A stretch of DNA of 32,000 bases from Raphidiopsis brookii D9. Lineage in GTDB: Bacteria > Cyanobacteriota > Cyanobacteriia > Cyanobacteriales > Nostocaceae. Under the pieces are notes generated by a model that saw only the letters and a list, made by a program, of their open reading frames with translations, was not told the DNA's origin and did not search any database. Of the stretch, positions 26,554-32,000 are shown piece by piece. Numbering within the stretch: position 1 is the stretch's first letter; each line of letters begins with the position of its first letter. The DNA lies in assembly GCA_000175855.1 (NCBI GenBank), contig ACYB01000011.1:39801-71800 (forward strand), read 5' to 3'. Both the position numbers and the translations under genes were made by a program.

Positions 26554-26850
26554 CTATTTACGTTTAGTTTCTAGATTTTGTACAGCTTGACTAAAACCCA
26601 AGACAATTAAAATATTAGCAAGAGTTAAGAATAACTCAGCACTGCCATGAAGCCAGTCTATATTTGCTAAGGCTTCTTGGTAGGCAATCTTGGCATAAAT
26701 ACCAGCTGGAATGGTAACACCAACAAATACTAAAGTGCCATAGAATCCATAGAGTGCTAAACGTGGCATTTGGGGACTGCGACTGATAAACCACAAGAAA
26801 CCCAAATAGGGGAACAGGGAGAGAGCAAATAGAGTTTCTTTTGACATCAT
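26554..26850 (-). CDS. Small membrane protein, DUF3593-like
   Basis: 98 aa with 3 predicted TM helices. It is paired with the upstream DUF2499-like gene, as I recall for cyanobacteria and plastid-lineage genomes. Family name is from memory. Confidence 0.55.
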   Translation of the reverse strand: MMSKETLFALSLFPYLGFLWFISRSPQMPRLALYGFYGTLVFVGVTIPAGIYAKIAYQEALANIDWLHGSAELFLTLANILIVLGFSQAVQNLETKRK

Positions 26851-26856
26851 AACGGT

Positions 26857-27252
26857 CTACTCCTTATTTGAGATACTGAGAACCTCATTCGGTCGAGTAG
26901 AACGCCAAACCCAGACTGCTGCTGCCCAAAGAGTAAAATTACCTATTAACGTAGTAGTAGCCTGGAGGGTGACTAACCATTCTAGGGACTGGGGATTATC
27001 GAAATAATGCCAGGTACAAGCGGATAGGGCGCTAATTAAGGCGGGTATCATACCTAGGGCAAATCCCCTCCAACTATGGTTTTGGGTCAGTTCGCCATAT
27101 TTCCAGATGAGGGAAATGGCAACTACCCATTCAATGACACTAGAAATATGGATAATCCAGGTAGGAATTGAAAGAGCATTCATGGGATTATAATGGATTT
27201 GGAGGGATTTGACTATTAAAATCAAGACGTCCTTCATTGTGGACCAACTCAT
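26857..27252 (-). CDS. Membrane protein, DUF2499 / Ycf49-like
   Basis: Hydrophobic protein (IPTWIIHISSVIEWVVAISLIWKYGE...). The start may be the internal ATG at 27183 (MNALSIPTW...), which gives about 109 aa. Confidence 0.55.
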   Translation of the reverse strand: MSWSTMKDVLILIVKSLQIHYNPMNALSIPTWIIHISSVIEWVVAISLIWKYGELTQNHSWRGFALGMIPALISALSACTWHYFDNPQSLEWLVTLQATTTLIGNFTLWAAAVWVWRSTRPNEVLSISNKE

Positions 27253-27375
27253 ATTTTATATCTACTGTTGGAGGAGCGCCACTAGAAATTGTTAAACTTT
27301 ATATTCAAAATCAAAAAGAAACTTGACCAGGATTGAAATCCCTGACGGATTTCATCCTCCACTTGAAAAAATCTC

Positions 27376-27404
27376 TTGACAAGCCCAAAATTGTCTGTTA
27401 ATAT
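27376..27404 (+). promoter_or_regulatory. Sigma70-type promoter candidate for tRNA-Ser
   Basis: TTGACA (27376-27381), 17-bp spacer, TAATAT (27399-27404). The predicted start is about 20 nt upstream of the mature tRNA 5' end. Confidence 0.5.
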
Positions 27405-27431
27405 TAATTCATCATAATTTTTAATAAATCT

Positions 27432-27523
27432 GGAGAGGTGGCTGAGTGGTCGAAAGCGGCAGATTGCTAATCTGTTGATGGAATCGTAAGGTCCATCCGA
27501 GGGTTCGAATCCCTCCCTCTCCA
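27432..27523 (+). tRNA. trnS: tRNA-Ser (anticodon GCU)
   Basis: Acceptor stem GGAGAGG / CCTCTCC. Anticodon stem-loop GCAGA-TTGCTAA-TCTGT. Long variable arm (TGATGGAATCGTAAGGTCCATC) typical of class II tRNAs. T-arm GAGGGTTCGAATCCCTC. CCA is not encoded. Confidence 0.9.
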
Positions 27524-27562
27524 TTTACCTCAACTTGAAATTAACCTATTCATTAACTACTC

Positions 27563-28336
27563 ATGGAAGTTATCCCAGCAATAGATCTATTAGAGGGGCG
27601 TTGTGTAAGACTCTACAAAGGTGACTATGCACAATCCCAGGTTTACAGCCATAACCCTGTGGAAACCGCTAAGATGTGGGCAGACCAAGGAGCAACAAGA
27701 CTACATTTAGTAGATTTAGACGGAGCAAAAGCTGGTAAAATAGTTAATTTATTTACTATAGAAGCTATTACCAATGCTGTTTCTATACCTATTGAAGTTG
27801 GCGGAGGAATACGCGATAGTTCCAGTGTTATACAGTTATTTAATCTTGGGGTACAGTGGGTAATTATGGGAACTGTAGCAGTAGAGCAACCAGATTTGGT
27901 TCAAGGACTGTGTGAACAATTCCCCCAGCAAATTATAGTTGGCATTGATGCGCGGAATGGTCTAGTTGCTACCAGGGGTTGGTTAGAAACTTCTCAAATT
28001 TTGGCCCCCCAACTAGCAACCCAAATGCAGGAATTGGGTGCGGCAGCTATTATTTATACGGATATAAATCGTGATGGCACGCTTCAGGGACCAAACTTAC
28101 AAGCATTAAGAGACTTGGTATCTGCTATTTCCATACCCGTGATTGCCTCTGGGGGTGTGGGTTCTGTTACTGACCTATTAACCTTATTATCTTTAGAACA
28201 TCAGGGGGTTACAGGAGTAATTGTGGGTAAAGCCCTATATACTGGGGATATTAGTTTACCAGAAGCACTGCGGGCTATAGGTCCTGGAAGAATTCAGGAT
28301 ATTCCACCCAGTTTAGACTTCTCTAGTTTTGCCTGA
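27563..28336 (+). CDS. hisA: ProFAR isomerase HisA (1-(5-phosphoribosyl)-5-[(5-phosphoribosylamino)methylideneamino]imidazole-4-carboxamide isomerase)
   Basis: 257 aa. [22 protein letters not shown]...[12 protein letters not shown]...GGGIR...ASGGVGS, matching HisA TIM-barrel motifs. Confidence 0.9.
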   Translation: MEVIPAIDLLEGRCVRLYKGDYAQSQVYSHNPVETAKMWADQGATRLHLVDLDGAKAGKIVNLFTIEAITNAVSIPIEVGGGIRDSSSVIQLFNLGVQWVIMGTVAVEQPDLVQGLCEQFPQQIIVGIDARNGLVATRGWLETSQILAPQLATQMQELGAAAIIYTDINRDGTLQGPNLQALRDLVSAISIPVIASGGVGSVTDLLTLLSLEHQGVTGVIVGKALYTGDISLPEALRAIGPGRIQDIPPSLDFSSFA

Positions 28337-28522
28337 ACTAAAAGTCACAAATGTGGAAATATTCGACAAAATTTCTATAAAATACCTATTTGAATTATAA
28401 TTTAGGCAAGTTGTTGTATTGAATACAATAATTTTGTATTTCCCAATGTATGTCCTCAATTGGTGAGGATCATAACTAGTGGGAAACCAAGACCAGTACA
28501 TTCTTACAAATTTTTGTTATCA

Positions 28523-29275
28523 ATGTATACTACTGAATTGCCTAGATACTCCACTAAATCGGATATTGAACCAGTTAGTCGCGTTTTAATAGTGGAAGAC
28601 GAAGAACTGATCCGAGAGATGCTTGTAGTAGCCTTAGAGGGTGAAGGTTATGAAGTTGTAACTGCTAAAGATGGTCGTTGTGCTGTAGAATTAATGAGAA
28701 ATTTAGAGACCCAATCTGGTGAGTTATCATTCGACCTGCTTGTCCTAGACTTGATGTTGCCACAAATCAACGGATTAGATATTTGTCGTTTGTTACGTCA
28801 CCAGGGTAATTCCATACCGATTTTAATTCTGAGTGCGAAAGGTAGTGAAACTGACCGGGTACTAGGTTTAGAGGTAGGGGCGGATGATTACCTAACTAAG
28901 CCCTTTAGCATGCGGGAAATGGTAGCTAGGTGTCGCGCCCTGTTACGTCGTCAGCGGTTTTCTAATTTGCCCTTGATACCCACCTTAAAATATAAAGATA
29001 TCAATTTAAATCCTCAGGAATGTCGGGTGTTAGTGAGAGGGAGGGAGGTGAGCTTGTCACCGAAAGAATTTCGGTTACTAGAATTATTTATGAGTTATGC
29101 TCGCAGGGTGTGGTCACGGGAACAGTTATTAGACCAGGTTTGGGGTCCTGATTTTGTTGGTGACAGTAAAACTGTGGATGTTCATATTCGATGGCTGAGA
29201 GAAAAATTAGAGTTAGACCCTAGCCATCCAGAATATATTGTCACGGTCAGGGGTTTTGGCTATAGATTTGGTTGA
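28523..29275 (+). CDS. phoB: OmpR/PhoB-family response regulator (SphR/PhoB-like, by gene context)
   Basis: REC domain (RVLIVEDEELIREML...LLVLDLMLPQINGLD...LSAKG...YLTKPF) plus winged-helix output domain (LSPKEFRLLELFM...TVDVHIRWLREKLE...IVTVRGFGYRFG). Start taken at ATG 28523. A histidine kinase and phoU follow. Confidence 0.8.
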   Translation: MYTTELPRYSTKSDIEPVSRVLIVEDEELIREMLVVALEGEGYEVVTAKDGRCAVELMRNLETQSGELSFDLLVLDLMLPQINGLDICRLLRHQGNSIPILILSAKGSETDRVLGLEVGADDYLTKPFSMREMVARCRALLRRQRFSNLPLIPTLKYKDINLNPQECRVLVRGREVSLSPKEFRLLELFMSYARRVWSREQLLDQVWGPDFVGDSKTVDVHIRWLREKLELDPSHPEYIVTVRGFGYRFG

Positions 29276-29495
29276 TTTCTATATCTGGGCTATTCTGTTT
29301 TTGGTTTTCCTATCCCTTTAGGTGGTCGTAGTCTTTTTATTTTAAACCATCCGCTGGATTGGGGTTTTTGGCTCTTGTCGCGGGAGTTATCATTTTGGGA
29401 GTTGTCATTTTGATTGGACATAAAATTCAGCAAGAAGTCTATCAGTTACCTGATTCAGTCTAACCTGTGGTACAGGAATGGTTACAGATACCTGG

Positions 29496-29503
29496 GCGAT
29501 CGC
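29496..29503. repeat. HIP1 octamer GCGATCGC
   Basis: Exact match read in the sequence. Confidence 0.95.
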
Positions 29504-29626
29504 ATTTTCCCAAAGCAGTCCCTACTGGTTATAATTATAATCTAACAATTAAAAAAAGCCGTCCTATAAAGACCGTGCTTGGATCCTCCCCCTTTAATTC
29601 CGGTCAAATAGCACACTTACGATCAA

Positions 29627-30982
29627 ATGTTCTTATTGGGATTTCTTCTGGGTTTGGCAGTCGGTTTTGGTTTTTGGCTTTGGCAACAATTTCAACTTAA
29701 CAGCCATTTAGAGCAGTTAACCCAACCCTTAAACCCCCACGCCGAAAAGATATTATTACCCCTATTAGCTGGATTACATCGTAAAATATCTACCGTTAGA
29801 GATGAGCAACAAAACTTACGCTTGTCACTCAAAGCTTATGAACAGTTGCTGGATGCTGCGCCTTTGGGATATTTACAAGTAGATGAAGAAAACCAACTAC
29901 TATGGTGTAATCAGTGCGCGCGGGAAATGCTGTATTTACAAAGATGGCAACCGGGTCAAGTGCGCCTCCTGCTGGAATTAGTGAGATCCTATGAACTGGA
30001 TCAGTTAATTGAACAAACCCGGGATTGGCAAAAACCACAAATGCAAGAGTGGATTTTTCACCCTTCCCGAGATCATGGTCAGGGTATTTTAGAATTAAAG
30101 CCATTGTCTTTAGCAGCTAACAGTTTTCCCCTACCGGGGGGACAGGTGGGTGTATTTCTAGAAAGTCACCAACAATTCGTAGACATTAATCAGCAACGTG
30201 ACCGCTCTTTTTCTGACCTGGCCCATGAACTGAGAACACCTCTGACTTCCATTCGTCTAGTCGCAGAAACCCTGCAAACTCGATTAGATCCTCCTCTGAA
30301 CCGTTGGGTTGTCCGCTTGATGCAAGAGGTTGACAGACTAATTAATTTAGTCCAAAACTGGTTAGACCTGACCCAGATGGAAATAACCTCCTCCATACAA
30401 CTAAATTTGGAAATGCTAGAAGTCCGCTCCCTAATTTTTTCAGTCTGGGAGAATTTAGAGCCCCTAGCCGCTAATCAGCATCTTAGTATTTCTTACTCTG
30501 GTCCAGAAAAGGTCTATACATGTGCTGATAAGTCCCGGATTTATCAAGTATTTCTTAATCTGTTAGATAACTGTATTAAATACAGCAACCTCAACAGTAC
30601 CATTTTGATTGAAATCAATCCAGTTTCTGGGGAGAAGTCTATTATTAATGGGGTTGACGGAGAAATAAGTACAATATTAAACCAAGTATCAAATCAAGTT
30701 TTAGAAATTAACATCATTGATTCCGGGGTTGGATTTGCTCCCGTAGATCTACCCTATGTCTTTCAAAGATTTTATCGGGGGGACAAAGCTAGACACCACG
30801 AGTCACGCTCTGAGAATGAAACGGTAGAAATTACTGGTAGTGGTTTAGGTTTATCCATTGTCCGCCAAATAATTATAGCTCATGGTGGCAAAATCAGGGC
30901 CATGAACCATCCTGATACCGGTGGTGCTTGGATACAAATTCATCTTCCCCAGATGGTTCAACATGATAGCAGATATTTGTGA
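29627..30982 (+). CDS. phoR: Sensor histidine kinase (SphS/PhoR-like): N-terminal TM, PAS-like region, HisKA, HATPase_c
   Basis: N-terminal helix MFLLGFLLGLAVGFGFWLW. H-box FSDLAHELRTPLTSI. N-box LLDNCIKYS. G-boxes DSGVGF and GSGLGLSIV. It lies between a PhoB-like regulator and phoU. Confidence 0.8.
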   Translation: MFLLGFLLGLAVGFGFWLWQQFQLNSHLEQLTQPLNPHAEKILLPLLAGLHRKISTVRDEQQNLRLSLKAYEQLLDAAPLGYLQVDEENQLLWCNQCAREMLYLQRWQPGQVRLLLELVRSYELDQLIEQTRDWQKPQMQEWIFHPSRDHGQGILELKPLSLAANSFPLPGGQVGVFLESHQQFVDINQQRDRSFSDLAHELRTPLTSIRLVAETLQTRLDPPLNRWVVRLMQEVDRLINLVQNWLDLTQMEITSSIQLNLEMLEVRSLIFSVWENLEPLAANQHLSISYSGPEKVYTCADKSRIYQVFLNLLDNCIKYSNLNSTILIEINPVSGEKSIINGVDGEISTILNQVSNQVLEINIIDSGVGFAPVDLPYVFQRFYRGDKARHHESRSENETVEITGSGLGLSIVRQIIIAHGGKIRAMNHPDTGGAWIQIHLPQMVQHDSRYL

Positions 30983-31029
30983 ATCAAGACTATAATAGCT
31001 AGAAATATATTAAACCCGAGATTAAAAAT

Positions 31030-31695
31030 ATGAAAGCTGTTGTGAAATATACAGTTTTTGAAAAACCTCAGCTTATACGTGCCATTAAAAGACTGGAACG
31101 AGATATTTTACGTATGGGTGCTTTAGTAGAGCAGTCATTCCGTCTGAGTCACCAAGCCTTATTTAATCGAGATTTAACAGCAGCTGAGCAAATACGCCGA
31201 TTAGACAAAAAAATTGACCGATTTTACAGACAAATAGAAGTAGACTGTGCTTCAATTATGAGCAGTCAAGCTCCTACAGAGCAAGAATCTCGTTGTTTAA
31301 GCTCATTTATGCAATTGGTTAGAGATTTAGAACGTATTGGGGACTATGCCAAAGATTTGGCAGAAATAGCAATGAAAATATTTCCCTACCCCCCCCATCC
31401 CACTTTGGGGGAGGTTGCTATTATGTCCGATCATGCCCAATCTATGTTGGCTATCAGCCTAGTAGCTTTAGCGGATTTGGATGAGATTAGTGGTAGAAGG
31501 ATTAAATTATTGGATGACACAGTAGATGATGCTTACAAAAAGTTATATCGTAATTTGGCGCAGCAGAAAGACGTTCCTGGGATAGTGGAGCCCATTTTAC
31601 TATTAACATTAGCAATTCAGTGTTTAGAGAGAATGGCAGATCATGCTACTAATATTGGTCAAAGGGTAGCATACATTGTCACAGGGCAAAGGTAA
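31030..31695 (+). CDS. phoU: Phosphate signalling complex protein PhoU
   Basis: 221 aa. Two PhoU repeats with RDLERIGDYAKDLAE and LERMADHATNIGQRV motifs. Confidence 0.9.
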   Translation: MKAVVKYTVFEKPQLIRAIKRLERDILRMGALVEQSFRLSHQALFNRDLTAAEQIRRLDKKIDRFYRQIEVDCASIMSSQAPTEQESRCLSSFMQLVRDLERIGDYAKDLAEIAMKIFPYPPHPTLGEVAIMSDHAQSMLAISLVALADLDEISGRRIKLLDDTVDDAYKKLYRNLAQQKDVPGIVEPILLLTLAIQCLERMADHATNIGQRVAYIVTGQR

Positions 31696-31703
31696 ACCAG
31701 AAT

Positions 31704-31724
31704 ACCCTCGGGAAGGGGGTTTTT
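31704..31724 (+). terminator. Candidate rho-independent terminator after phoU
   Basis: ACCCTC (31704-31709) pairs with GGGGGT (31715-31720; one G-U pair) around loop GGGAA and is followed by TTTT (31721-31724). It lies 9 nt after the stop codon. Confidence 0.5.
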
Positions 31725-32000
31725 AAAAACTCTCCTCCTGGTAGAGTCATCTCTCAACCGACTCTCACAGTTTTTCAAATCGGCGTTGCATATTTGCGGG
31801 ATGATTTAAGATTTTCTCCTAATTTGAAAAATTTCTCTTGTAGGACGATTGCGAAGCCCTCGCGAGATTACATTATTAATAAAACCCTGATAGTCACCCC
31901 CAACTTATTGCAGAAAAACTTTTTTCTCTTAGGTAATAAATTAGTAGCTTAATTGAAAAGCATAGCATCTCTTTTGACTTGGAATAACAAAATGTCTTGA

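Noticed and set aside
27334-27354. 8-bp stem-loop TGAAATCC ctgac GGATTTCA between the DUF2499-like gene and the tRNA promoter.
   Set aside because: It lies upstream of both divergent genes rather than after a gene. A few stems of this size are expected by chance.
27282-27524. An 80-aa minus-strand ORF (MEREGFEPSDGPY...).
   Set aside because: It is the reverse-complement reading of the tRNA-Ser gene and its promoter, so it is an artefact.
983-30396. Many 60-104-aa ORFs antisense to, or overlapping, well-supported genes: 983-1213, 1953-2258, 6778-6966, 9263-9454, 9497-9784, 11655-11900, 13133-13318, 13829-14143, 14262-14471, 14362-14634, 14499-14681, 15491-15757, 15770-15952, 20589-20882, 20796-21062, 23540-23725, 23760-24017, 25146-25370, 28313-28501, 29467-29700, 29829-30104 and 30190-30396.
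   Set aside because: Each lies inside or against a longer ORF with clear family motifs. Their translations are low-complexity or odd in composition and carry no recognisable motif. They are most likely shadow ORFs.
1-32000. CRISPR arrays, rRNA genes, IS elements or transposases, toxin-antitoxin pairs, restriction-modification or other recognisable defence systems.
   Set aside because: I saw no regularly spaced 25-40 bp repeats, no rRNA-like sequence, and no transposase, nuclease or methyltransferase motifs in any listed ORF.

Overview
The window reads as an ordinary chromosomal segment of a cyanobacterium, probably filamentous or Nostocales-like. Support: 10 copies of the HIP1 octamer GCGATCGC, a cyAbrB regulator, an NrtC/CmpC-type fused ATPase, a sphR-sphS-phoU set, a DUF2499/DUF3593 pair and an ArsA/Get3-like ATPase. 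I can support about 30 protein genes and one tRNA-Ser(GCU). Gene order: partial REC-domain gene; an Rrf2-cbiB-pyrR block (-); cyAbrB (+); a ClC channel (-); a patch of three uncharacterised genes (zinc-ribbon membrane protein, large membrane protein, serine-recombinase-like protein); a four-gene NrtABCD/CmpABCD-type ABC transporter operon (+); exoD, uppP and a DUF512 gene (+); a co-directional minus-strand cluster of vWA, ABC-2 permease, ABC ATPase, DUF2358 and ArsA-like ATPase; a broken bioY; lspA; an FHA-domain class A PBP; csaB; DUF3593/DUF2499 (-); tRNA-Ser; hisA; and phoB(sphR)-phoR(sphS)-phoU. I found no CRISPR array, rRNA, transposase/IS or phage genes. I do not see a convincing new multi-gene system. 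The most unusual items are: (1) a large-serine-recombinase homologue in which every canonical catalytic residue appears substituted; (2) six one-base reading-frame breaks, each at or next to a short homopolymer, which points to sequencing or assembly error, or alternatively to genome erosion; (3) an Nrt/Cmp-type transporter operon with no nirA/narB neighbours and no canonical NtcA box, so its substrate is unresolved; (4) an FHA-PBP fusion; (5) several small repeats and palindromes in intergenic regions. All protein-family calls rest on motif recognition by eye. No database search was run.
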